A stretch of 51,934 nucleotides of DNA. Origin: Deltaproteobacteria bacterium (GTDB taxonomy: Bacteria > Desulfobacterota > Syntrophia > Syntrophales > UBA2210). The stretch is taken from positions 1-51,934 of the forward strand of contig JAGYOR010000001.1 in the NCBI GenBank assembly GCA_018399535.1, in the 5' to 3' direction. Shown here piece by piece: positions 29,317 to 38,782 of the stretch (position 1 is the first letter of the stretch; every line of letters begins with the position of its first letter). The notes under the pieces are model-generated. The model was not told the DNA's origin. It was given only the letters and a program-made list of their open reading frames with translations, and made no database searches. A program made the translations under genes and the position numbers.

Positions 29317-29346
29317 CTGTGAAACCGATTTTGGAAGGAAGCGTTC

Positions 29347-30531
29347 ATGTATGATCTTGTCGTGATAGGCGGCGGTCCGTCGGGATCTTCCGCCGCGAGA
29401 AGAGCTGCGGAACAAGGATTGAAAACCCTGCTTCTTGAAAAGGAAACATTCCCCCGCTCCAAGCCCTGCGCCGGAGCCGTATCACGGCAGGCTCTCGATT
29501 CACTTGATTTCGCGCTTCCCCATGATATTCGGGAGAAGGAAATTACCGGTCTTCGAATCTGCTATCGCGGAGAGACCATCGAGACCCGCAGCGATGTTCC
29601 CATCGCCGTTACCGTGACCAGGAGCCGCTTCGACGACTACCTGTTGGGGAAGGCCGCCGAAGCGGGCGCGCTTGTTCACACCGGCGAAAAGGTCGTTGCT
29701 TTCGAAGAACTGGAGGATCATGTCGTTGTACGATGCGGCGGTGATTCCTACAGCACGCGATACCTGGTCGTCGGCGAAGGACCCCGGATGGCGCTCGGCA
29801 AAAGCGCGGGACGTACGGCAGCGGGGAAGACCGTCGCGCTTTCAATGGTTGCCGAAACGGGCGCGTCCAATCCCCTTATTGACAAGAGGTTGCCGGGGCT
29901 GATCGAGATACACATTGACCTGTTCCGCATGGGCTACGCCTGGATATTCCCCCATGACGGGTATTATTCGATTGGTCTCTGGGGATTCGCCTCATATTTG
30001 AAGGATCCGAAGGGCGTCGCAAGGGGCTTTCTGAGAAGAACGGGATTTCCCGAGGGACTTCGTTTCAAGGGGCACCGCATGTCGACGGGAACAATCGTGA
30101 AACCGCTTGCAACGGGACGTGTTCTCATGGTCGGTGACGCGGCGGGGTTTACGGACCCCTTGACGGGGGAGGGCATTTCCCATGCCGTACGGTCCGGGAT
30201 GATCGCCGCCGATGTGGCGGCCGAAGCCGCGCGGACGGGCGGGTTTCTTATTCCCGGCCGGTACGAGAACGCCTGCCGGAGGGATTTCGCGAATAATTTT
30301 ACCTACGCCCACATGATAGCGCGTGTGCTCTATCGTTTCCCCTCCTTTTTTTACAGGGTGCTGGCGCGTGACGAAGAACTCTTTCGTATGCTCATGGAAG
30401 TGCCGGCAACGAAGGGACTCTACCGGGATTATGTGATGTGGATTCTTTCCCGCTTTCATCGAACGATTTCCTGTTGCGTGAAAAACCGTGTCTCCGGACA
30501 GAGGTTGTACCCGCTGAGCGGCGGAAAATGA
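29347..30531 (+). CDS. Geranylgeranyl-reductase-family FAD-dependent oxidoreductase
   Basis: 'MYDLVVIGGGPSGSSAARRAAEQGLKTLLLEKETFPRSKPCAGAVS', 'MVGDAAGFTDPLTGEGI'. Confidence 0.7.
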   Translation: MYDLVVIGGGPSGSSAARRAAEQGLKTLLLEKETFPRSKPCAGAVSRQALDSLDFALPHDIREKEITGLRICYRGETIETRSDVPIAVTVTRSRFDDYLLGKAAEAGALVHTGEKVVAFEELEDHVVVRCGGDSYSTRYLVVGEGPRMALGKSAGRTAAGKTVALSMVAETGASNPLIDKRLPGLIEIHIDLFRMGYAWIFPHDGYYSIGLWGFASYLKDPKGVARGFLRRTGFPEGLRFKGHRMSTGTIVKPLATGRVLMVGDAAGFTDPLTGEGISHAVRSGMIAADVAAEAARTGGFLIPGRYENACRRDFANNFTYAHMIARVLYRFPSFFYRVLARDEELFRMLMEVPATKGLYRDYVMWILSRFHRTISCCVKNRVSGQRLYPLSGGK

Positions 30532-30553
30532 CGACCGTCGCGGAGGATTGTTT

Positions 30554-31936
30554 ATGAATTTTATTATTATAGGATTATTTTTTACGATCATGCTGGCTGT
30601 TGGAATCATCAGCATGAAGAACATTCACACCATGGCAGGGTACGCGGTGGCTGACCGGGGGGCGGGCGCCGTCGTGATGACGGGATCTCTGCTCGCTACC
30701 GTCGTGGGTGGTTCAAGTACGATCGGGCTTGCCGGCCTGGGTTATTCACTGGGACTTGTTGGCGCCTGGTGGCTGCTGGTTGGCGCTGTCGGCCTGGCCG
30801 TTCTGGGAACGGTGTTTGCTCGCCGTGTCCGCGAAACAGGTGCGTACACGCTTCCGGAGATTCTGGAACGTCAGTACGGCGGATCAGCAGCGCGCCTGGC
30901 CGCGTCGGGCCTGATTGTCGTCGCCTGGCTGGGCATTATCGCCGCCCAGATGATAGCCGCGGGAAAGATACTGGCCGTTCTCTGGCCCGGCCAGACTGAG
31001 ATTCTCACTGTTACGGCGGCCCTGGTATTCATTGTCTATACCGCCCTGGGAGGACAATATTCGATTATTCGAACCGACGCCGTCCAGGCTGTTATCGTCG
31101 CGGCGGGCATCATCTTCTGCCTCGTTTTCGGAATCGATGCCGTCGGGGGCGGGGCGCGACTGCTTCAGGCACTTCCGGAAGGGTCGCTTTCTTTTCCCCT
31201 CTCCTCACGTTTCGGATGGAACGACCTTGTTACCTTCCTGTTTTTTGTGGGGGCGGCCTACCTCGTGGGACCCGATATTTACTCCAGGATTCTCTCGGTG
31301 CGTGATGCCGACGCCGCGCGGCGCGCCCTCCTTGTCACGGCGGCATGCCTTGTCGTCATTGCGTTCGCGGTGGTCTTCATCGGCATGACGGCGCGGGTGC
31401 TTCTTCCGGACATTCAGCCCGAAAGCGCATTACCCGCACTTGTCATGAACGTGGTTCCACGGGGTCTGAGCGGCCTTGTCGTCGTCGCTCTGCTTGCCGC
31501 CATCATGTCATCGGCGGACAGTTGCCTGCTGACGGCGGGAACTGTCATCACATCGGACATCATTGGTTCGTTGCGCGGTGAGCGTCCCGGCGAGGGCTCC
31601 ATGCTTCTGCTCACCAGGGTCGCCGTGGTGTTCGTGGGCCTCGTTTCCCTTGTTGTAGCACTTGAACTGGGAGGCATTATAGCGTCCCTTCTCCTGGCAT
31701 ATACTGTTTATTCGGCCGGTATCGTGATCCCCGTCGTATTCGGTTTTTACCGTGCCCGGCTTCGATTAAACAGCCGGGGCGCAATTGCATCTATTGTCAT
31801 AGGTGGAGCTCTCGGTGGAAGTCTAAAATTCGTCGGATGCGACGAGTATCTGCCGGTGGTGCTCGTGGTTTCGGTCGCGCTTCTCTTCGGAGTAAGCTAC
31901 GTAAGCCGTTATTGTTTTTCGGAAAAGGAGGCGTGA
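30554..31936 (+). CDS. Sodium:solute symporter (SSS) family transporter
   Basis: About 13 hydrophobic segments. 'YTLPEILERQYG', 'GGQYSIIRTDAVQ', 'AAIMSSADSCLL'. GGAGG lies 7 nt upstream of the ATG. Confidence 0.8.
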   Translation: MNFIIIGLFFTIMLAVGIISMKNIHTMAGYAVADRGAGAVVMTGSLLATVVGGSSTIGLAGLGYSLGLVGAWWLLVGAVGLAVLGTVFARRVRETGAYTLPEILERQYGGSAARLAASGLIVVAWLGIIAAQMIAAGKILAVLWPGQTEILTVTAALVFIVYTALGGQYSIIRTDAVQAVIVAAGIIFCLVFGIDAVGGGARLLQALPEGSLSFPLSSRFGWNDLVTFLFFVGAAYLVGPDIYSRILSVRDADAARRALLVTAACLVVIAFAVVFIGMTARVLLPDIQPESALPALVMNVVPRGLSGLVVVALLAAIMSSADSCLLTAGTVITSDIIGSLRGERPGEGSMLLLTRVAVVFVGLVSLVVALELGGIIASLLLAYTVYSAGIVIPVVFGFYRARLRLNSRGAIASIVIGGALGGSLKFVGCDEYLPVVLVVSVALLFGVSYVSRYCFSEKEA

Positions 31937-31937
31937 A

Positions 31938-32816
31938 ATGAACAGACTTCCCTGGATTCTCGTTTCGAATAATTCCGGTTCCAGGGAGGCCCGGTCCCGT
32001 ATTGAATCCGCAACGGTTCTCGGCGTCGACACGGAATACGATTCGTTCCGCTATTTTCGGGAGAAGCTTTGTTTCATCCAGGTAAGCACCGATTCAGTGG
32101 TTTTCCTTTTTGATCCTTTCGAAGAGAGCGATTTCGGTTTTCTCGGAGACGTGTTTCAAAATCCTGACGTCATTAAGGTTCTTCACGCCTGCGATAACGA
32201 CGTAAGAATATTGCACAGAGACTACGGGTTTACATTTTCTTCCCTTTTCGATACACAGCGGGCGGCATCGCTTCTGGGTTCTGAAGCGCTCTCGCTTTCC
32301 GCGGTGCTTCTGGAGTATCTGAATTTCGAGTTGCCGAAAAGCAAAAAAATACAACGTTCCCGGTGGGATCTTCGACCTCTCGAAGAAGAACAGCTGGAAT
32401 ACGCCGCCCGGGACGCCGGCGTTCTGGTGCCGCTCTACCGCGTCATGAACCGGCTGCTCGAGGATCGTGACCTGGCGGACGAGGCGCAACGGATATTCAG
32501 CGAAATAGCAGGCGGCCGCTGGCGAGAGAAAACGCTGTCGAAACACGGTTATATGAAAATCGAGGGGTATGAAGATCTCGACGAGGCGGCGCGGCGACGG
32601 CTCAAGATATTGTACCGCTGGCGGTTTGAAAAGGCACAAAGCACCAACAAGGCGCGTTTCATGATACTGTCCGACCAGGCACTGCTGGACATCGCCAGGC
32701 GGGGCGATGAGTTTGTGGCTGATCCTGCCGCCGTGGACGTGCTTACTCATCACCAGTTGAGTGAACTGGGAGATGAACTTCTCGATGTCCTCAGAGACGC
32801 TGCCGATACAGACTAG
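31938..32816 (+). CDS. rnd: RNase D-like 3'-5' exonuclease (DEDD) with HRDC domain
   Basis: 'LGVDTEYDS', 'KVLHACDNDVRIL', 'LEYAARDAGVL', then an HRDC-like 'LYRWRFEKAQSTNKARFMILSDQALLDIA'. The start lies 1 nt after the symporter stop. Confidence 0.75.
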   Translation: MNRLPWILVSNNSGSREARSRIESATVLGVDTEYDSFRYFREKLCFIQVSTDSVVFLFDPFEESDFGFLGDVFQNPDVIKVLHACDNDVRILHRDYGFTFSSLFDTQRAASLLGSEALSLSAVLLEYLNFELPKSKKIQRSRWDLRPLEEEQLEYAARDAGVLVPLYRVMNRLLEDRDLADEAQRIFSEIAGGRWREKTLSKHGYMKIEGYEDLDEAARRRLKILYRWRFEKAQSTNKARFMILSDQALLDIARRGDEFVADPAAVDVLTHHQLSELGDELLDVLRDAADTD

Positions 32817-33490
32817 GCATGTGCCAGGGGAGTGCGGGCGAACGCCGCGAATGCGCCGTCGTGACTGATACTGATACAGGCGGCCGCCGGTTGTCCATCT
32901 ACGACCAGGATAGGGGGAAGGAGTCCCCGCGGTCCTCTCCGGCGGATAATGTGCACGCGGTCGATCGCCGTGCTCAGCTCCTCCGCCACGCTTTCGCGAA
33001 TGATATTTCTCACCCTCCGTGAACGTTCCTGAACCCCGCGCGCAGGACCCGGCAGGCGGCATAAACCGTACATGACATTCGTCAGGTCGTCATCCGTTCC
33101 CGCCGTTCCCAGGCAATGTACATAATCAGTGGCGGGCGTCAGAATAATGGTTGCCGTCATTTTACCTGAAACAACGCGTCCCGTGACAGGTTGATTCACT
33201 CCGGGCGCGTCCGGGATAGATGTTTCATAGAAGCGTGGCCAGGCCGGGACATTCGGATCAATCCTGGAAAAGATCTTGTAAGCGGTTTCCTTTGCCGACC
33301 AGAATGACCACAGCATGAGACGAGGATCGGCGCTTTCGTCAAAAAGTCGTCTTTCCCGTTCCGTGAGGACCCTGGAAACAAAACGCCTGTCGAGGTGTTT
33401 TTCCGCAACCCCGCGGTCGGCAAGGTCGACAATATCGTTGCCCACCGGGAGATTCGGCAAGGCATGTGACGACGAGGCATCTCCGGTCAT
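32813..33490 (-). CDS. 4'-phosphopantetheinyl transferase superfamily protein
   Basis: 'VGNDIVDLAD' and 'FWSAKETAYKIFS' motifs. The ORF-track start 33640 would overlap the upstream gene, so I trimmed it to the ATG at 33490. Confidence 0.75.
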   Translation of the reverse strand: MTGDASSSHALPNLPVGNDIVDLADRGVAEKHLDRRFVSRVLTERERRLFDESADPRLMLWSFWSAKETAYKIFSRIDPNVPAWPRFYETSIPDAPGVNQPVTGRVVSGKMTATIILTPATDYVHCLGTAGTDDDLTNVMYGLCRLPGPARGVQERSRRVRNIIRESVAEELSTAIDRVHIIRRRGPRGLLPPILVVDGQPAAACISISHDGAFAAFARTPLAHA

Positions 33491-33509
33491 TTTCGATATT
33501 CCCGCGACG

Positions 33510-34370
33510 TCATGACGCCTCGGCCGTCTTTCGGCCCTCGGGCGGAACGTGCCGTGATCCGGCCGACCGGATCCATGATGCTGAACCTCGATGGTCGAGG
33601 GCGGACACGCGCGCGAACCATTTGCGTTCCATGCCGGCAAGGTGTTCGATGATCCTGCGGGCCGTCTCCCGCTGTCCCCTCAGGCCCCCTCCGGTGACCG
33701 AAGGCGTGAAAGGAGAAACCTCGACGACAAAGTGCTCCCGGAACCTCGGAAAATTACTGTACCGCTTTTGCCCGAGACCTCGAAGGTATATACAGAGGAC
33801 GCGCGCCGAGGGACATCGCTGGACGAGCCGACCGACGCCATAGGAAAAATTATTCTGATCGATGGCGCCGGTTCGGGAACGACCGCCTTCGGGGAAAATG
33901 AGCAGGTTGGAACCGTTTTCCAGCAGGTGGGCGCAGACGTCCATGGTCCGCTTCATTTCGTCACGGTCGCCTCCTCGTTGAAGTGGAATGCACTTGGCAA
34001 GGTAGCAGAGCGCCGCCACGAAAGGATTTTTCTGAAAATTCCTGCGTTCGGGAAGATTCCAGGGCATGTATCGGAAATCTTGTACATAGCGGGGCAGAGA
34101 CATGAATGCCCAGGCGACGAACACGGAATCGATCATGGTAAGATGGTTCGCGCAGATGATCCAGCCCCCGGGTCGTCCTTCGAGTGATTCCGCCACGGTT
34201 TTCCGAACCTGCCGGAGATCTTCTATCTGATAGCCCGCCAGTTTCAGTATGAGAAAGGTAAGGGGAGCTACGAGAAACACCGCCGCGCGGCCCAGGGCGT
34301 ACTGGATCATCAGGTAAAGACGCGTCCGTTTATTCATGATTATTCCCGTCCCATGATTTGTTGTGCTCAC
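33510..34370 (-). CDS. PlsC/LPLAT-family acyltransferase (lysophospholipid acyltransferase-like)
   Basis: H(X)4D 'CANHLTMIDS' and 'LLIFPEGGRSRTG'. N-terminal hydrophobic segment. Confidence 0.8.
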   Translation of the reverse strand: MSTTNHGTGIIMNKRTRLYLMIQYALGRAAVFLVAPLTFLILKLAGYQIEDLRQVRKTVAESLEGRPGGWIICANHLTMIDSVFVAWAFMSLPRYVQDFRYMPWNLPERRNFQKNPFVAALCYLAKCIPLQRGGDRDEMKRTMDVCAHLLENGSNLLIFPEGGRSRTGAIDQNNFSYGVGRLVQRCPSARVLCIYLRGLGQKRYSNFPRFREHFVVEVSPFTPSVTGGGLRGQRETARRIIEHLAGMERKWFARVSALDHRGSASWIRSAGSRHVPPEGRKTAEAS

Positions 34371-34384
34371 TCATTCCGGGCCGT

Positions 34385-34633
34385 TCAGGAAAGTTTCTTC
34401 TTCACGATCGCGACGGCGTCGCCTATGGTACGGATCGTATCGGCGTCGTCATCGTCGATTTCGATGTCGAAGACGTCTTCGCACTTGATGATGATGTCGA
34501 CGAGACGGGCCGAATTCACCTTCAGGTCGTCAAGAATGTGAGTGGTTTCCGATATGCCGGACAGGGCCGATTCGTTCTTCACATACGGTTTCAAAATGGT
34601 TACCACTTCGCTGAATATTTGTTCCTGTTCCAT
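34385..34633 (-). CDS. Acyl carrier protein (cluster-dedicated)
   Basis: 82 aa, acidic, 'LDDLKVNSARLVDII' phosphopantetheine-Ser helix-II context (N-S rather than the usual D-S). Confidence 0.8.
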   Translation of the reverse strand: MEQEQIFSEVVTILKPYVKNESALSGISETTHILDDLKVNSARLVDIIIKCEDVFDIEIDDDDADTIRTIGDAVAIVKKKLS

Positions 34634-34682
34634 GATGGTCTTGCCTCCTCGTGTAATAAATTAATGACCCGGGTCCTGTGTG

Positions 34683-35960
34683 TTACCCTTCCCAGGTTCT
34701 GAAAATCAGGCAGCTGTTTACATCGCCGAAACCGAAGCTCGACTTGGCGATTATTTTCAAATCGGGGCATTCCCTGGTTTGATGCACAATTTTGTCCGAG
34801 AACGCCTCGATTTCCGGATGAACGTCCTCGCAGTTCAGTGAAGGATGAAGGAACTTTTCCGCCAGTTCCAATGTTACGGCTGCGCATTCGATGCCGCCGG
34901 CGGCTCCCAGACAATGGCCGATCATTGATTTCGTGGAGTTGACCAGTGGAAAACGTTCGGGCCCCCGTTCCAGGGCGTTCGACCAGTTCCTGATTTCGGA
35001 AGGGTCGGCGAATGTGGCCGTCAGGTGACCGTTGATAGCGTCGATGTCGTCCGCGTGAATCCCGGCGTCGGCTATGGCTGACCGGATACAGCGACTGACT
35101 CCCTCAGGATTGGGCGCGGTCATGCTGCCGCCGTTTCTCTGGCCGCCTGCATTGACGGCGCCGCCGAGGATTTCGCAGTATATGCGGGCGCCCCTGGCGC
35201 GGGCGGTTTCCAGGTCTTCCAGCATCAAGACACCGGCGCCTGCGCCCGGTACGAAACCGGCGGCGGAGGCGCTCATGGGCCGCGATCCTTCCTCGGGCCG
35301 GTCGTTGAATTTCCGTGCGATAACCCGCATTGCGTCGAACCCGCCCCAGATGTAAGGCGACGCACCTTCCGATCCCCCGGCAAGCATCCGCTTCGCCAGC
35401 CCCCCGCGTATGCGCTGCAACGCGCCGAAAATGGCTTCCGACGAGGTACTGCAGGCCGACGAATTGGAAGTGACCTGGTTTCCCAGGCCGAGCAGGCCAC
35501 CGACCCGGGCACTGGTTCCGCTGTTCATGACCTGTTCGACGATGCGGCTGCCCATGCGGCGGACTTTGCCCGCCTGGATCATGGGCACCACCCGTTCGGC
35601 GATGGTGTCCATGCCGCCGATGCCGCATCCGACTATGGCCCCGGTATCCCAGTCGACGTCATCATTGTCGTCGGGAAGTTCGAAGCCGGCGTCGCGCCAG
35701 GCGTCGACGGCGGCTACCGATGCGTACCCGATATTGTCGTTGATCGAGAGAAGTTTTTCATGGTCGAAATAGCGCGCGCGGACTTCGTTAAATCCCGGCG
35801 GTACGCCTCCGATCCGGCAACCGAAATTAAGTTCCTCCAGCTGCGGAATGAAGCGGATGCCCGAGCGTCCCTCCCGAAGCGCTTTTCGAAAGTCTTCCAG
35901 TCCCACCGCGTTGGGCGCGACCACGCCGATTCCAGTAACGACTACCCGTTTCTTATTCAT
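34683..35960 (-). CDS. Beta-ketoacyl-ACP synthase, KAS I/II (FabB/FabF-like)
   Basis: 'KRVVVTGIGVVAPN', active-site 'NSSACSTSSEA', 'INGHLTAT', 'KSMIGHCLGAAG'. ATG at 35960 preferred over the ORF-track 36002. Confidence 0.88.
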   Translation of the reverse strand: MNKKRVVVTGIGVVAPNAVGLEDFRKALREGRSGIRFIPQLEELNFGCRIGGVPPGFNEVRARYFDHEKLLSINDNIGYASVAAVDAWRDAGFELPDDNDDVDWDTGAIVGCGIGGMDTIAERVVPMIQAGKVRRMGSRIVEQVMNSGTSARVGGLLGLGNQVTSNSSACSTSSEAIFGALQRIRGGLAKRMLAGGSEGASPYIWGGFDAMRVIARKFNDRPEEGSRPMSASAAGFVPGAGAGVLMLEDLETARARGARIYCEILGGAVNAGGQRNGGSMTAPNPEGVSRCIRSAIADAGIHADDIDAINGHLTATFADPSEIRNWSNALERGPERFPLVNSTKSMIGHCLGAAGGIECAAVTLELAEKFLHPSLNCEDVHPEIEAFSDKIVHQTRECPDLKIIAKSSFGFGDVNSCLIFRTWEG

Positions 35961-36426
35961 CAAACGATACTCCTTTTCCCGCCAGCGTGCCGGAGCACAC
36001 AAGCCGGCCGTCTTCTTTTTTCATGATGATGTCGGTTTTCAGACTGTCCCGTCGCAGGTATATTTTGCTGCCGCGGACGAAGACGGTTTCTCCCGGTCGT
36101 ACCACGTCGCTGAATTCAACAGAGTCGGCCGTCGCAAAGAGCGTCGCCATTTGCCCGATTTCTTCCGGAGAGCGGCCCCGGCTGAGCATCAGGTAGATGC
36201 CGAAAGCGACCACGCCTGTCTGCGCCATGGTTTCCAGCAGAATGACGCCGGGAGTCACCGGGTTACCGGGGAAATGACCCCGATAGAAATATTCGTCCTG
36301 ACGAAACCGGTAATTTCCCACGATGTGATTCTCATCCACCTCGTCGATGCCGTCGATAAAACGAAACGGCGGCTGCTGGGGGATCAGGTCCAGCACGGTT
36401 TCAACGGTAAGCCCGTCATCCCCCAT
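35953..36426 (-). CDS. fabZ: FabZ-type 3-hydroxyacyl-ACP dehydratase (hotdog fold)
   Basis: 'PFRFIDGIDEV', 'YFYRGHFPGNPVTPGVILLETMAQ'. Overlaps both neighbouring genes. Confidence 0.85.
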   Translation of the reverse strand: MGDDGLTVETVLDLIPQQPPFRFIDGIDEVDENHIVGNYRFRQDEYFYRGHFPGNPVTPGVILLETMAQTGVVAFGIYLMLSRGRSPEEIGQMATLFATADSVEFSDVVRPGETVFVRGSKIYLRRDSLKTDIIMKKEDGRLVCSGTLAGKGVSFDE

Positions 36427-37180
36427 AGAGCCCTCCGTTCACATGAATGACCGTTCCCGTGATGTAGGTTCCCCGCCGGGCCAGAAAGGCTACTACGTCC
36501 GCCACTTCGTCCGGCGTCCCCATTCTTTCCAGGGGTACGGTTGCCAGAATGGCTTCCCGCACCTCCCGAGGGAGTTCCCTGGTCATGGCCGTGTCGATGA
36601 AGCCCGGCGCCACTGAATTAACGAGGATTTCCCGCCCCCGGAGTTCCTTCGCCAGCGACTTGGTGAAGGCGTCCAGGGCGGCCTTTTCCATGGTGTAGGG
36701 GACCTGCCCGCTGTTACCCGTGTGTCCCGTCACGCTGGATATGTTGATGATGCGGCCCGTTCCCCTGCGAAGCATAAACAGCCGAAGCACCCGTTTTGTC
36801 AGGTACCACGTGCCCCGCGTGACGGTTCGTTGCAGATCGAACTCGTCAACTTTCATGGAAAGCATGTCCCTGTCCACGGAGAATCCGGCGTTGTTTACCA
36901 GGACGTCGACGTTCCCCGCGACGGTTTTAAGGGTTCGGACCATGTTTTCCACGTCGTCGATGTCGGCCAGGTTTCCCTGAAGCAGGAATCCTTCTCCGAT
37001 TTCTTCCAGGAGGCGTCGGGCCTCCGTTTCACTTGACCGGTAGTGAATTCCGACGCGGAAACCTTCCTCCGCGAGCGCCCGGCAACAGGCGGCTCCTATA
37101 CCCCCACCGCCGCCGGTGACAACAGCTACCGGTTTATCGTTCGAATCCATTGATTCATCTCCTCGTTGCGATGTCGGCAC
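36416..37180 (-). CDS. fabG: 3-oxoacyl-ACP reductase (SDR)
   Basis: 'VAVVTGGGGGIGAA', 'LVNNAG', 'INISSVTG..Y..EKAAL', 'ITGTVIHVNGG'. Confidence 0.88.
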   Translation of the reverse strand: MPTSQRGDESMDSNDKPVAVVTGGGGGIGAACCRALAEEGFRVGIHYRSSETEARRLLEEIGEGFLLQGNLADIDDVENMVRTLKTVAGNVDVLVNNAGFSVDRDMLSMKVDEFDLQRTVTRGTWYLTKRVLRLFMLRRGTGRIINISSVTGHTGNSGQVPYTMEKAALDAFTKSLAKELRGREILVNSVAPGFIDTAMTRELPREVREAILATVPLERMGTPDEVADVVAFLARRGTYITGTVIHVNGGLYGG

Positions 37181-37185
37181 AGGGC

Positions 37186-37782
37186 TTACGTCCGCTCCTT
37201 GATCATGCCGCCCACGGCATGCCGTGACCGACGCGGATAATCGCGGTAGGCGATATCCTTGAATAACCCCGTCCGGGCGCCCCGAACCGTCATGACAGTT
37301 TCTCCATCGACGGCAAGGTCGCCGTCGGCGATAACAATGCTCGATCCCGAACCGGACAGGTGGGAAAACCGCCGAACCCGAATCTCGTAACGGATCATCC
37401 TGTTGAAGGGCCTCACCTGACCGTTGAACGACACCTCGTCGCAGCCCAGGGCCCTTCCTGATCCGAGACCCCGGCGCCAGACGCAGTAAAAACCGAGAAG
37501 CTGCCAGATACCGTCAAGGTACAGGCATCCCGGCATTACCGGGTCGCCCGGCATATGGCACTGGAAATACCAGTCGTCCAGCCTTATGTCATGTTCGGCC
37601 GTGATGAGGCCGCCCTTTCCTTCGGTGGTGACGGATGTGATCCTGTCCACCATGAGAAACGGCGGAGCCGGAAGCCGCGCGTCGAAATGCCGCGGCGGAT
37701 CATCCACGAGCCGCCCGTAGGCGAACCCGATCAGTTCTTCGAGGGTGAAGGATTGTGCGCTCGTAAATTCATCATAGGTCAT
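37186..37782 (-). CDS. fabA: FabA-type 3-hydroxyacyl-ACP dehydratase/isomerase
   Basis: 'LPAPPFLMVDRI', 'DWYFQCHMPGDPVMPGCLYLDGIWQLLGFY', 'GRALGCDEVSFNGQV', 'GLFKD'. These track the E. coli FabA sequence as I remember it. Confidence 0.85.
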   Translation of the reverse strand: MTYDEFTSAQSFTLEELIGFAYGRLVDDPPRHFDARLPAPPFLMVDRITSVTTEGKGGLITAEHDIRLDDWYFQCHMPGDPVMPGCLYLDGIWQLLGFYCVWRRGLGSGRALGCDEVSFNGQVRPFNRMIRYEIRVRRFSHLSGSGSSIVIADGDLAVDGETVMTVRGARTGLFKDIAYRDYPRRSRHAVGGMIKERT

Positions 37783-38780
37783 AACGGTGATTCCTGTTTA
37801 ATTGCTCCGTTTACTGTTACCATCAGGGAAACCCAGGTAAGGCCGGAACCAACGAGAACGAGGGCCACTCGGTCGCCGGGCGTCAGTTGGTCCCAGTGCT
37901 GGCTCAGGACTGAAGGCGCGGAAGAACACCCCGTGTTGCCGTATTTCACCACGTTGTTCCAGTGATCCGTCTCATCAATGCCGCACCGTTCCGAAACAGT
38001 CTTCAGCATGCCCAGGTTCGCCTGATGTCCGATGAACTTCAAGCCGTCGCCGTACTCGGCCTGAAGACGACGAAGACCTTCGGTGGCCTTGCGAATGGCG
38101 AAGCCCTGGACGGCGTTTCCGTCCTGGGAAAAATGTTTGTGCCGCGGCACCATTACCTTGTTCCATCCACCGGGATTCGATTCAATGCGGCAGCTTTCGA
38201 TGGCGATGTTCGAGGGAACGGACGCGGAAACAACCGCGGCGGTGGCGCAATCACCGAAAATCGGGACGGCCCGGCGGTCGGAATAATCAACCACCTGGGT
38301 GAGCGATTCCGGATTGACCATCAGAATAAAAGGCGGAAGCGCGTCCGGGCGCATGCCGCTTAACATGGTTGCCTGGGTTCCGAAGGAACTGCACGCCGAG
38401 TTGACGTCGAGACAGGGGGCCGTGATGCCCAGTTCGGCCGCCACGCAGGACGCCTGGGCGGGCGACAGATAGTCGGAGGCGGAAGAGCCGCACAGGACAA
38501 GTCCTATGTCTTCGGCGTTCACTCCGGCCCGCTCCAGCGCCGAACGTGCCGCCCGGGCGCCCATCTGGGCCTGGGTGTAGCTGCTCGCTTCGCGGGCGCC
38601 CCGGGGATCGTTGTTACGGGTTGTGCGTATGTAGTCGAGGTCGAGAACGGTCCGCCGTGATTCAATTCCCAGGCGTTCCATGATCCATTCCTCACTGCAG
38701 CCGATATCGAGATCGGCCAGGAAGGCATTGGTGATAAGGGTTTCAGGATGAAAGTGTCCGATGCCGTGGAGGTAAAGCAT
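37779..38780 (-). CDS. Beta-ketoacyl-ACP synthase III (FabH-like)
   Basis: 'CLDVNSACSSFG' (Cys), 'FIGHQANLGML' (His), 'KYGNTGCSSAP' (Asn). Its stop overlaps the fabA-like start as ATGA. Confidence 0.85.
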   Translation of the reverse strand: MLYLHGIGHFHPETLITNAFLADLDIGCSEEWIMERLGIESRRTVLDLDYIRTTRNNDPRGAREASSYTQAQMGARAARSALERAGVNAEDIGLVLCGSSASDYLSPAQASCVAAELGITAPCLDVNSACSSFGTQATMLSGMRPDALPPFILMVNPESLTQVVDYSDRRAVPIFGDCATAAVVSASVPSNIAIESCRIESNPGGWNKVMVPRHKHFSQDGNAVQGFAIRKATEGLRRLQAEYGDGLKFIGHQANLGMLKTVSERCGIDETDHWNNVVKYGNTGCSSAPSVLSQHWDQLTPGDRVALVLVGSGLTWVSLMVTVNGAIKQESPL

Positions 38781-38782
38781 AA

